64,000 nt of DNA, taken from NCBI GenBank assembly GCA_002269645.1, contig NIVC01002335.1:1-64000 (forward strand). The letters are read 5' to 3'. Shown piece after piece: positions 46,901 through 64,000 of this stretch; position 1 is the first letter of the stretch; every line of letters begins with the position of its first letter. Source of the stretch: Macrostomum lignano. Its lineage: Eukaryota. Made by a program: the position numbers and the translations under genes. The notes under the pieces are model-generated. The model was not told where the DNA came from. It ran no database searches and saw only the letters and a list, made by a program, of their open reading frames with translations.

Positions 46901-49900
46901 GAATCTCATCAGAAAATCGCCCACCCCCGAATCTCATCAGAAAATCGCCCCCCCCCCGAATCTATCGGAAAATCGCCCCGAATCTCATCAGAAAATCCTC
47001 CTCCCGAATCTCATCAGAAAATCCTCCCCCCCGAATCTCATCAGAAAATCCTCCCCCCCAAATCTCATCAGAAAATCCTCCCCCCCCCGAATCTCATCAG
47101 AAAATCCTCCCCCCCCCGAATCTCATCAGAAAATCCTCCCCCCCCCAAATCTCATCAGAAAATCCTCCCCCCCCGAATCTGATCAGAAAATCGCCCCCCG
47201 AATCTCATCAGACAATCCCCATCCGAATCTCATCAGACAATCCCCTCCCGAATCTCATCAGACAATCCCCCCCCCGAATCTCATCAGACAATCCCCCCCG
47301 AATCTCATCAGACAATCCCCCCCCGAATCTCATCAAAAAATCCCCCCGAATCTCATCAGAAAATCCTCCTCCCGAATCTCATCAAAAAATCCTCCCCCCG
47401 AATCTCATCAGAAAATCCTCCCCCCAAATCTCATCAGAAAATCCTCCCCCCCCCGAATCTCATCAGAAAATCGCCCCCCGAATCTCATCAAAAAATCCCC
47501 CCCGAATCTCATCAGAAAATCGCTCCTCCCCGAATCTCATCAGAAAATTTCCCCCGAATCTCATCAGAAAATCGCTCCTCCCCGAATCTCATCAGAAAAT
47601 CGCTCCTCCCCGAATCTCATCAGAAAATCGCTCCTCCCCGAATCTCATCAGAAAATCGCTCCTCCCCCGAATCTCATCAGAAAATCCTCCCCCCCCCCGA
47701 ATCTCATCAGTAAATCAACCCCTCAAATCTCCTCAGAAAATCGCCCCCGAATCTCCTCAGAAAATCGCCCCGAATCTCCTCAGAAAATCGCCCCGAATCT
47801 CCTCAGAAAATCGCTCATCCCTATCTCATTAGCAAATGAATTGCCTAGTTGAATCCCCAGTCTCCACATGCATAGCAGCTGCCCCATCATCGTGACACTC
47901 CCAGGAGCTCAGCTTCACTGGCAACAGTCGAGGCGCATTCGTAGCAGACCAGCTGCTCACAGTGCTGGCCATGTACTGTCCCCGCGTCCGCTACCTGGAC
48001 TGCAGCTACGCCCAGGGCCTGTCCGACTGCACCCTGCGGGCTCTGGCCGAGCAGCTGTCCGAACTGGAGTCGGTCAAGCTAAACGGAGCTCAGCAACTGA
48101 CAGACTCCGGCGTGGCCGACCTGCTGTCCGTGCACGGACACCGGCTGCGCTGTCTTGAGCTGTACGGCTGTTTTAAACTGTCCGACCGGACAGCTGGCTC
48201 TATTGGCCGGCTGTGTCCGGGCCTAACCCAGCTGTCGCTTGGCGCCTGTCCGAGAGTCCGGCCGCGAGCTGCTCTGCAGGCTGTGCAGTCGCTTGACAGG
48301 TTGGCGTCTGTGTTTTTATATTCATCCAAGTCCCCTGGGTTCGAATCCGATTTTATATTCATCCAAGTCCCCTGGGTTCGAATCCGATTTTATATCCAAC
48401 CAAGTCCCCTGGGTTCGAATCCGATTTTATATCCAACCAAGTCCCCTGGGTTCGAATCCGATTTTATATCCAACCAAGTCCCCTGGGTTCGAATCCGATT
48501 TTATATTCATCCAAGTCCCTGGGTTCGAATCCGATTTTATATTCATCCAAGTCCCTGGGTTCGAATCCGCTTGCAGGGTGTTTGCTTGCAGGGTGTTTGC
48601 TTGCAGGGTGTTTGCTTGCAGGGTGTTTGCTTGCAGGGTGTTTGCTTGCAGGGTGTTTGCTTGCAGGGTGTTTGCTTGCAGGATGTTTGCTTGCAGGGTG
48701 TTTGCTTGCAGGGTGTTTGCTTGCAGGATGTTTGCTTGCAGGATGTTTGCTTGCAGGATGTTTGCTTGCAGGGGGCTGATTGCACTTTGCAGGAGCTTTT
48801 CTAACATAAAGTTACGAGAGTAGCCTTTACGAGATACACGTAGTAGGGGTTGCCCCCTCCCCTAATCGCCCGAATGAAGATTTCTTAAAAGAAGAATTGC
48901 TCCACTCGATATAGGGAAGGAAAGATATATATAGACCACATTTGAGTTCAGTAATAAGTTAAACAGAAGCATTTTAATTTATTTTTAAGCCAAGGCTTAT
49001 ATATTGGCTCTTACCCCCCTCCAGCTTGAACCCTCCGACCGCGACTTTCCACACTACCCCAATTTTTATTTCCTTTATCGGCATTGCAATCTAAAGCTGT
49101 CGTGTACATTTCAGTGGACTGGCTAATGTACATTATGGCTGAACCAATTAGCAAGTTGTTTACGCCTGCAAGCTTGGGCTTCTAAACTTATTAAAAGTCA
49201 TTTCAGCTGCCTTTTTATAAAATAGCTTATGTATTCTTCTTTGCTACTGAACTGAAAGTAGAAAGCTGTTTTACTAAGTATATATGCCTGAGTGGCTCCT
49301 CTAGTTATTTTAGTATCTGTGAATAGAGAGATAGTGAGATATCAAAGAAAGAAGAAGTGAATGCAGCGGTTGCGACCTTCTCATTGTTGGGCGCTGTGTA
49401 CACCCACCCTGTACGTGCGCCTTGAGGCTTGACCCCACAATGCCAAAACAATTTTAGCGCATTGTCAGACAGACAGACACAGGGGAGCAGAAAACCTCAT
49501 TGCAATTTTTTGTCATCCAACGCGCTTCATCCGCAGGCTGCGCAGTCTGGACTTGCGCGGCATGTCCGGCCTCACTGACGACGACCTGCTGCCCGCCTGG
49601 CCCCGTCTGGCCGGCCTCCGCAGCCTCGTTCTGGCCAACTGCAACCGCCTCACCGACCGCTGCCTGCCGCTCGGCCTCGCCCTGCCCGCCCTCCGCCTGC
49701 TGGACCTCTGCGGCTGCCAGCGGCTCACCAGCGCCGCCCTCGCCCAGCTGTGCCGCGCCGCGCCGCGCCTGGCCCGGCTCGACCTCAGCTCCACCGGCGT
49801 CTGCGGCCGCGGCCTTCGCGCTCTAGCGGACAGTCAGGCTGCCGCCGGCTGCTGCCTGCAGGAGCTGAAGCTGAACTTCTGCCGCAAGCTGAAACAGCCC

Positions 49901-50047
49901 GAACTGACGGCACTGACTGCCTCAGCCCGCAGCCTCAGCCTGCTGCTGCTGTACGGCCTTGAAGGCATCGACATTGTCGAGTTGAAGGCTGTGGGACCGG
50001 CCGGTCTCGTCATTAAAGCTGACGCATCCGGACCGCAGGACTTTTGA
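40933..50047 (+). CDS. F-box/leucine-rich-repeat protein with long N-terminal extension containing a double zinc ribbon, about 1120 aa; join(40933..41030, 41687..42869, 43546..44171, 44728..44797, ~45901..46074, 46376..46687, 47905..48299, 49537..50047)
   Basis: All seven introns are GT-AG with matching phases (2,0,2,0,0,0,2). CPEC-x10-CFGCG zinc ribbon; F-box [41 protein letters not shown]; many cysteine-containing LRRs (LxxLxLxGCxxLT). The exon 5 acceptor is ambiguous within ~45901-45946. Linkage of the N-terminal exons to the F-box is inferred from phase only. Confidence 0.78.
41043..41668. repeat. 22-bp intronic minisatellite (GCAGATTGGTGAATGAGCTGTC)n
   Basis: Direct. Fills nearly all of intron 1 of the F-box gene. 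Confidence 0.96.
42290..42645 (+). repeat. 42-bp coding repeat ([14 protein letters not shown])n, about 9 copies
   Basis: In-frame 14-aa repeat within exon 2 of the F-box gene. Confidence 0.88.
43030..43520. repeat. 44-bp intronic minisatellite (TAATCTCACCTGGACAGTGTTAGTCTCACCCTCACCCATAATGC)n
   Basis: Direct. Period 44 (43081, 43125...). Confidence 0.95.
44356..44632 (+). mobile_element. CORE-type SINE copy 3 (3' tail missing), preceded by a duplicated 36-bp unit resembling its 5' end
   Basis: Match to 6627-6900. Two copies of GGGGGTT(G/C)TAGCCTAGCAGCTTATAGTACAACCTGA at ~44284-44355. Confidence 0.85.
44898..45921. repeat. 28-bp minisatellite, same family as in RhoA intron 2
   Basis: A homogeneous AGAGTGTCAG block followed by mixed AGATCCTCAG / AGATCCTCGG variants. 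Confidence 0.96.
46705..47814. repeat. ~25-31-bp minisatellite (CCGAATCTCATCAGAAAATC + variable C-run)n
   Basis: Direct. Lies in intron 6 of the F-box gene. Confidence 0.95.
48315..48569. repeat. 37-bp tandem repeat, 7 copies, each containing GGGTTCGAATCC
   Basis: Direct. Period 37 (48326, 48363...). Confidence 0.95.
48570..48772. repeat. 15-bp tandem repeat (TTGCTTGCAGGGTGT)n
   Basis: Direct. Confidence 0.96.
48945..49321. mobile_element. MITE A copy 3 (one end truncated), in intron 7 of the F-box gene
   Basis: Colinear with 17690-18088. Ends in TTTTAGTATCTGTG. Confidence 0.85.
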
Positions 50048-50839
50048 AGAATTCGAGCTCGCTATTGTTGGTCTGTCCAACAGAGTTGTGCGTCTATCTA
50101 TTTTCTTACGCAACAGATATTTATTTATTGATCAAAAAGGATTTACAATACGAATATGCATATTTTTCTGCTAACTAAAATATTTTGCACTCTTTCTTCC
50201 ACTGTCTTGTCTGACTTTGTTGACTTATTAACTGCCTGTCTGCCTCTCAATGAACGCCGTGCGATAATTGTTGTTCTACCTAGATAGGCCACAGATCTTC
50301 TAATAGCAGAGAGGCTGCAGAAAAGGGAAATCAGATAACAAACTGGTCAGTAAGAATTACCTCAGTAATTTTAATTATTTTTTTATGTTTTCTCAATGCA
50401 TAGTGAAAAAAATACCGTCGACGTTCGTAAAAAACTACTGATTAGTAGTTTGCTCTACTATGGCCTAACTAGAGATCACACTATCTACTGGCAAGGACAT
50501 TTATAAACCTAATAAGCCTATTATATATATTACTCATTGTAAAATGACTGTATAGTAATGTGTAGAGCTCACTTTATTTCCTAACTGTTCTCGTTTTACA
50601 ATATTTACTTTAATCTTATTTCATTCTTTGCCTGTCAGCGGACGCGAGATCAGAGCTTTAGGCAGGAAAAGCAATTCACTTTTCTGTTAGCTGTTTATTT
50701 TCATACCGAGAACAAGCCTATTATATAAATATACATATACTCAAGCCATTATATTGCACATTGCGCAGAGTGAGTTCTTTAGTAGTGTATTTATCCGGCC
50801 TTCAAAAAAATTCTAAGAAACTCCTATGTTCCCATGCAT

Positions 50840-50925
50840 TGAATCACCGAAGTTAAGCAACGTTGGGTTTGGTTAGTACTTGGATGGGTGACCGCCTGGG
50901 AATACCAAATGCTGTTGTCTTTTTT
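50840..50925 (+). pseudogene. 5'-truncated 5S rRNA copy
   Basis: TGAATCACCGAAGTTAAGCAACGTTGGGTTTGGTTAGTACTTGGATGGGTGACCGCCTGGGAATACCAAATGCTGTTGTC plus TTTTTT matches the 3' two-thirds of eukaryotic 5S. The first ~38 nt are not recognisable. Confidence 0.88.
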
Positions 50926-53179
50926 GCCTCTTTAACTGCCGCGCGCTCATTAAAACACTAATTCCATGCAGCTGCTGCACGCATTAATACACTACTATAT
51001 GCTCCCTTCGGCTTCGACTCGGTCTCGATCACGGAGAAATTCGCGATTCCCCGTGGTGCTTTATAATTTTCTATGCGCACTTTCCACGCGGTGACGCGAT
51101 GCACTTCAGTAGTTTTTCGATCGTATCTCTCTAACACGGCAACTATAGTTTTATTTAATTTATATTAATATATTAATCAATTAGTAGGCGGCGCATAATT
51201 TGTACACACTGTCTAAACATGTCGTCGGCTAAAAGAAACGAAAGGCAGAGCTGCACATGCACTTTTTGGCGCGTCTTTTCAAGCTGCAGTGCACAAGAAT
51301 GCTGCACTAGTCGGCATAACTTACTTGGAGTAGATTAAATTCAACATAATCATTTGCCCTAGGGCTCGCGGCTCAAGCGCAGAGCTGTGCACTGTTGGAG
51401 AGTGTGTTCCAGCAGGCGGACTCTTCTCATTGCCGAGAAAGAGCCGAAGCTGTGAAGTTTGCCAGCCGTGCCCCCATGCGCCCTGATCACCAACCGGGTT
51501 GATGAACTCTTGGTGCAGCTCAATCACCAATAACAATGTGCAACTTCTGAGCCGAGAGGGGCGTCATTCTGTTTTATGCTCTGTGCCTCTGGCATACATG
51601 TAGGGACTCAGAACGCGATTTGTTTTTTTGCTTCAGTAAAGATACAGGCCTACATGCAGCATGGGGTCGTTTCAGTATGAAAATTCTGAATCCATCAGAC
51701 GCAGTAGAATCGGGACAACCTGCTGTGTTGTGAGCTGTCTGCTCCTGTGATTGAAACTATAGTATTCCAAAGTGCCTTTGGAAGCAGTAAACAAATAAGC
51801 TGTTCGGTAGAGATATTCTTGGTCAATATTTTACAAGTACACGGTCTATACAAAGCAGAGAGGTCATTTAGAGCAGAGAAAGTAACTAAAAAAATGTTTT
51901 GCTACGTCATCATTTGTCTAAAATTGTTTCGCCATAATATTCTTAACTAGAAAGAACTGAAGCACTGGCTTTTTTCAACGCAAATTAAGCATTGCACAAA
52001 AATGGTAATTATAGCTGCTAATTGGTAACTGGTAATTGTTTCTGGGTTTGCACAATTATCACTTTTGAGCTAGTTTTATCCAGTTCTGATTCTTTCAGCA
52101 AAAAATGTATACATTACATATCGGGTTAGAAATAAAATTTTCACTTGTCAAAATTAGCGCTTTATGATTTTTTATTTGATTTGATTCACTTTGATTCAAT
52201 GTGAGATAAGGGAAAGGGAATTACCTAAGGCCATATATTATTACATATTGCATGTGTAATTTTGATTACACATTTTTGAGCTTATATACGCGGTCGGCGC
52301 TAAAGTTTCCAATTGGAGTAAAATACAAAAAGCGCCGTATTTTAACCAAATGGCGAATTTATTTAATAAGATGATTAAGTAATTCTGTGTCAAAAAGTTT
52401 AGGGTCGGGTCCGGGTTTTGGTTACCGGTTAGGGGTTCAGGGTTCAGAGGTTAGGGTCTGGGTTCTTGGTTAAGGGTTTAAGGGTACGAGGTTTTGGGTT
52501 TACCCAGAACCCCAAAAAATTGCCATCCCGAACACCTATGACACAGGATTGATCACGCACAACTGTAAATATAGATAGCATTTGCTCATGCTCAAGCTCA
52601 TGCAACATGCATGACTGCCATCATCTGTAGCCTGCAGAGTTCTAAAAAGTTCTTAAAAAATTAATACTTGCCGCTCTACATTACTACTGTAGCCGTAATT
52701 ATAGTAGTAAACATTACTATTGTATACATGATAATAAATATCTTGCAATTTGGAGGCTTCTAGAAAGAGATAAAATGATGGATTTATTAATTAAAGCGGA
52801 GATTGCACAAAAAAATGCTAACGTTTTTCATCCATTTCCTTTCGGCATTTTTTCTCCATTTTCTCATGTTGATGACTCGCTTGACTCGCTTAGCAGCGTC
52901 CCCCTGTTGGACCCCGCATGCAAGACTACCCACAAGAGTCTAAGCAGGCAAGATGTACTCTTGTGCGGGACGTGTGCGATCGCCATCCATCACAACTCTC
53001 TAGTGATAGACGACCTATTGATAAGGGCACCTGCTGCGGGGCTTGATACCAACATCGTAAGCTGCACTGGCATGTCGTCGGGGGGGGGAGGGGGTTTCAG
53101 TTTTCATCTTCTGCAGCCGCGGTAATGGTGCAGCCAAAGGCTACCGTTTGAAAGTCAGCCACTTATCTGGAGAGCCCCT

Positions 53180-53498
53180 AGGCCTGACCCTCGGTCAGCC
53201 GCTCCCCCCAGCAGAGCCCCTATAGGCCTGACCCTCGGTCAGCCGCTCCCCCCAGCAGAGCTCCTATAGGCCTGACCCTCGGTCAGCCGCTCCCCCAGCA
53301 GAGCTCCTATAGGCCTGACCCTCGTTCAGCCGCTCCCCCAGCAGAGCTCCTATAGGCCTGACCCTCGGTCAGCCGCTCCCCCCAGCAGAGCTCCTATAGG
53401 CCTGACCCTCGGTCAGCCGCTCCCCCCAGCAGAGCTCCTATAGGCCTGACCCTCGGTCAGCCACTGCCTCAGGAGAGCCCCTAGGCCTGACCCTCGCC
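53180..53498. repeat. 44-bp tandem repeat, about 7 copies, with internal hairpin CTGACC-CTC-GGTCAG
   Basis: Direct. Period 44. Confidence 0.95.
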
Positions 53499-54496
53499 AA
53501 GATCGCATGCAACCTATAGAGGGGCCCAGTTGGCTGGATGAGTATGGCTACAGTACGGGAGCAATTTAACAGCTACATGTCCAGATAATGATGTGGATAA
53601 GTGCAAGTAAGAGCATATATTTAACTTTGCAAACAGTTCAAAGGGTAGCACTACAAAAAAGGTTTTTTGGACCCTTTGATCTGACCTTGCTTAACCTTGA
53701 TTTATAAATCTGACGTTAAAGCTATAGGGTACAGCCAAAGCTTTATAATGTTACTTTATTTTAGAGAGAAAACGTCTCATCAATCAAGTAAAAAAGCTAA
53801 CCTTCTACTGTACATCCAAAATTTACAAAATTGGAGCAAATAGAAAGTCGGCCGTCAAAAAGATGCACGCGTTTCGACAGTTTAAGCGTCATTCTGCTGA
53901 AGAAGTAGAGTGAAAAGAAGTGAAGACACTGGAGAGGTGGTCCTATGCTGAATCTGATGGATTCAGAAGTTGCATGCTGAAAGTTCTGATGACTTGCGTG
54001 TAAAAAAGCATTGGATGAAGCAAAATCAGAACAGCAGAATCCTACGATGTATCCGACAGAGAGCGGCGGCGAGGTCACCAGTTCCGGTTGTAAAAAAAGA
54101 AAAAAGTGAAAAAATTGAAAGATAAACTCCCGACAATAAAACGATTCAAACAGTAAAAATATTAAAAATTTCTCTCAATAAAAATTTTTGACCATCGCAT
54201 ATCTAGACAGAGGCAGCCTTGAGCCGGCACAAGAAATCATCCAGAAGCCATGGAGGCAGGAGCCTTGCTTTCTCTGCATTGGAATTTCCTGACTTTCAGA
54301 AGAGTCGCCAGCTCGGTGCCATAAACTCGGCCATTAGCCGAACGACCAACACCTCTGAAGGCTTCCGGACTCTTCTGCATTTAAGAAAGTGGATTTCTGG
54401 CTCAGAAAATTCAAGCCATCAGCGACTCTGCAACTGCCGAACTGCGAATTCTTTCAACTCGAAGATTCAATCTCGCTCGATCTACAAACCGAAGTC

Positions 54497-54658
54497 ATGC
54501 TGAGATTTCTGATGCTCCTCGTTGCTCTGATTCTGGTGGGCGCCACGCAGCAGGCTCAGGCTGATTCATGCAGCTGCGAAGATAACAAATGGCTGTGCAA
54601 GACCAAGTCAGGACGCTTCTGTGGTATCTGCCTTGGCCAGGGCGGCTGCTATGACTGA
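54497..54658 (+). CDS. Small secreted cysteine-rich peptide precursor, 53 aa (defensin/toxin-like)
   Basis: MLRFLMLLVALILVGATQQAQA-DSCSCEDNKWLCKTKSGRFCGICLGQGGCYD*: a signal peptide ending AQA, six Cys, and AATAAA at 54716. Confidence 0.75.
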   Translation: MLRFLMLLVALILVGATQQAQADSCSCEDNKWLCKTKSGRFCGICLGQGGCYD

Positions 54659-54794
54659 GATGCCGAGAAGGCCCGACTTCGGACTTAACAGGAACCACTA
54701 AACTTTGATTCTCTAAATAAAACCGACCTATCATTGCAGCTACTTACCAGCTTTGTGTGCAATGCTTGCATCCATAAAAAAATGTATTGTTGTC

Positions 54795-55141
54795 ATTCAT
54801 TCAGTCAGTCAGTCAGTCAGTCAGTCAGTCAGTCAGTCAGTCAGTCAGTCAGTCAGTCAGTCAGTCAGTCAGTCAGTCAGTCAGTCAGTCAGTCAGTCAG
54901 TTAGTCAGTCAGTCATTCATTCAGTCAGTCAGTCAGTCAGTCAGTCAGTCAGTCAGTCAGTCATTCATTCAGTCAGTCAGTCAGTCAGTCAGTCAGTCAG
55001 TCAGTCAGTCATTCATTCAGTCAGTCAGTCAGTCAGTCAGTCAGTCAGTCAGTCAGTCAGTCAGTCAGTCAGTCAGTCAGTCAGTCAGTCAGTCAGTCAG
55101 TCAGTCAGTCAGTCAGTCAGTCAGTCAGTCAGTCAGTCAGT
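54795..55141. repeat. (TCAG)n microsatellite
   Basis: Direct. Confidence 0.98.
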
Positions 55142-57215
55142 CCCCTACTCACTGGAGACCAAATTAAATACCGCTGTGCCAGCCTTGCTACCATAGACAA
55201 AAGCTCCAATACATTGGCAAACGTTTCTTGGATTAAATTTAATGCGTGTAAGCCCAAAGGGGCTGCAAAAAGCTTTATTAGAATAGCAGAGTTTACCGTG
55301 GAGTTTACTGCTTGTAAAACAGTCGATGTGATTTATGATTACTCAAAAACACAAAGCAAAAATCACAAGCCCATGCGAGTGATATCGTCCATGGTGATTC
55401 TTCTCCCTACACTTTCCCACAGCTTCACAGGAAGAGTAGCACAAATTGAAGATAATTTCGTATTGAGATTTTTTATTTAGGATGGCTGAATCAGCATTCT
55501 GTGGTATTCTGTGCCCGCAACCAACAACAACGAAGATGAGCAGATACTCAATAAGCTGATTGCGTATATTGTGCCAGAAACTACTAATAAGTGTAATGTG
55601 GATGGTAGAAATCTTTCGATCGTGTAATTGCGAAAAGAAGAAGACTTAATGGGCTAAAGGCAGAACATATGGACCGGCTTGGTGGTGCTGGCCGATCTAT
55701 CCGAGAAGAGAAAGCGCGGTTTCAGCTACGTTCTTAAGTGGTTTATCCATAGATACGACATAAGTGTGGTGATCGCTTATCTGCATGGCGTATCGCATGT
55801 ACGATGTACGTGAAGGATTATTTCAGCATGATGAAATGCAATGAAGATGAGTACCCGTTACGTAAAGGGTAGGGATTGCGTTGTGCCAGGACCTGTAATT
55901 CCATCTAGCATTGAAGAAACTCTTGTCTGAAGGTGTGTTTGGTAGTGATAGTCCATGACAACTCGTGAGTTCCGTGAGTTGTGCGGGGAGACCCTGTGTG
56001 TGATTGTCTACCTTGATTGAGGTTAATCGACTCTTACGGACCCAGCTCGACTCTCACTTTAACTATCAAGTCAAAAAACTGTTCAATAACTGTTCGTATA
56101 TTCCAGAACATTATATAATATTTTTGCTCATTATTTGTTTGATTTATTTCCTGCTTATTCGTTATTCTTATTTATTTAGATCGTTTGTTTTATTTGGCCG
56201 GGACAAATAAATGCTTTTTTACATTAAAACATATTGACTTTTTTGTCGTAACCAAAATTGGGGCTAAATTGATACCTACATGTGTGTACTATATAGTATA
56301 CGTACGCAAGGACTTCTAGACTAGAAGTTAGTCTAGAAGCACGTCCTTGTACGTACGCAACAACGAAATAATCGGACAATGGTGATTAAGTTTGGCTTTT
56401 TGGACTCTAAGGGTAATTGGGCGAGTTCAATCTTCAGCATCGAGGAGCCTTTTCATATTGCTTGTTCTGGTTCCAGAACCAGAACCAATTTGTAAAGTAT
56501 AACTTTTTGTCTCCATAACTAGAGGGAGATACGTGCTATAAAGTTTTTATTATTGAATGACAATCGCCAAGAAGAAAGTGAAAAAATGTGATAAGTGAGG
56601 TTGTTAAGGCAGTCAAACATTCAACAGAATTAAATAGTTATACTGCTGTTTTTCTTGGAAGATCCGAACCGATTCTGATACTGGTCTCGAGGTCTCGAGG
56701 TCTGTAATCGTGCTGACTAGTTTTTTTCGATTTTTAAGTTAAATGTAGATGCTGTGATGCTGTATATTCTTAATAAATTATCGATTTTGGTCATAAAAAT
56801 TATGACTGTATAGAAACTAGAAGCCGCTTATAAATATTTGTTATATTATAATAAATGCTGCTATATGTTTTTAACTTCGTCAAGTTTACCATTTTTTCGT
56901 ACCCTCAATAGGCTAGCTAGCATCATAGTAGTAGTCCACTTTAAAATTCTACTATTCTTATTTTTGGGCGGCTGGAGCCCACTAATCTCTTTAGACGTGC
57001 TTCTTAGCGAAGTGCTTCATTTTCACACTGTTGTTGTGATCAACTGCAATCAACAAGCAATAGCATCATTGCTGATTGAAGTTAAGATTCCATAGGCCTA
57101 ATCTGGCTTTTTATTTAGGCTTAGTTTAGGGGCCTAATTTAATTTTTTGTAGCTGCAGCAGACCCATTAATAGTATTTTTATAGATAGGCTTATCTGTGT
57201 TAATCGAATAAAATC

Positions 57216-63273
<6,058 letters not shown>

Positions 63274-63329
63274 GTAAGTAAATCTTGTGTACATTGAAGC
63301 TAATTTAGGTGTTTGCTATGTTTTAGTCA

Positions 63330-64000
63330 GGAATTAGCCAGGCATTAGTCATTAGTCAGACATAAACTAGGCATTAGCTAGGCATTAGTCTAGAATTAGT
63401 TACTTATTCTGACATTAGCCAGGCATTAGCCAGGCATCAGGCATTAGTCAAGCATTAGCCAGGCAATAGTCAGGCATTAGTCAGGCGTAAGCCAGGCAAT
63501 AGTCAGGCATTAGTCAGGCGTAAGCCAGGCAATAGTCAGGCATTAGTCAGGCATTAGTCAGGCATTAGTCAGGCGTTAGCCAGGCGTTAGCCAGGCGTTA
63601 GCCAGGCGTTAGCCAGGCGTTAGCCAGGCGTTAGCCAGGCGTTAGCCAGGCGTTAGCCAGGCGTTAGCCAGGCGTTAGCCAGGCGTTAGCCAGGCGTTAG
63701 CCAGGCGTTAGCCAGGCGTTAGCCAGGCGTTAGCCAGGCGTTAGCCAGGCGTTAGCCAGGCGTTAGCTAGGCGTTAGCCAGGCGTTAGCCAGGCGTTAGC
63801 CAGGCGTTAGCCAGGCGTTAGCCAGGCATTAGCTAGGTATTAGTCAGGAATTAGTTACTTATTCTGACATTAGCCAGACATTAGCTCGGCATTAGCCAGG
63901 AATCAGGCATTAGTCAAGCATTAGTCAGGCATTAGCCAGGCATTAGCCAGGCATTAGCTAAGCATTAGCTCGGTATTAGCCAGGCATCAGGCATTAGTCA
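63330..64000. repeat. 11-bp minisatellite (GCCAGGCGTTA / GTCAGGCATTA)n, runs off window end
   Basis: Direct. RSK intron 5. Confidence 0.95.

Noticed and set aside
51321-51560. GC-rich stretch with short Cys-containing frames on both strands
   Set aside because: I could not link it to a start codon or consistent splice partners, and recognised no motif.
52400-52520. Degenerate TTAGGG-like tract (also CCTAACCC near 29985)
   Set aside because: Too degenerate and short for an interstitial telomere. Such tracts are common within repeats.
52850-53000. GVQQGD, resembling a LINE reverse-transcriptase motif, on the minus strand
   Set aside because: A single short motif with an in-frame stop nearby and no other RT motifs.

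Overview
Eukaryotic (invertebrate animal) genomic DNA. It is not prokaryotic: introns are GT-AG, and a tRNA-derived SINE and DNA transposons are present. GC-rich exons, short introns and minisatellite-filled introns resemble the flatworm Macrostomum, but that assignment is inference only. I assembled eight gene models by hand, checking splice phase at each junction: (1) claudin/PMP22-like tetraspan (+, 2254-6361); (2) orphan class A GPCR (+, 8636-12274); (3) intronless 4-TM protein (-, 14921-15499); (4) a three-exon neuropeptide precursor missed by the ORF track, resembling invertebrate parathyroid-hormone-like peptide, iPTH (-, 17477-19919); (5) RhoA (+, 29757-37534); (6) a ~1120-aa zinc-ribbon + F-box + LRR protein (+, 40933-50047); (7) a 53-aa secreted six-cysteine peptide (+, 54497-54658); (8) the 5' part of p90 RSK (+, from 57216, runs off the window). 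Roughly one third of the window (manual estimate) is tandem repeat, and most large introns hold their own distinct minisatellite. Several repeat units carry splice-site, Pol III B-box or RFX X-box-like motifs. Mobile DNA includes three CORE-type SINE copies, three copies of an 8-bp-TSD MITE (one with a nested foldback element), a near-complete mariner, a piggyBac remnant and a 5'-truncated 5S rRNA copy. Most long ORFs in the supplied track are artefacts of stop-free repeats. No database searches were run; family assignments rest on recalled motifs.
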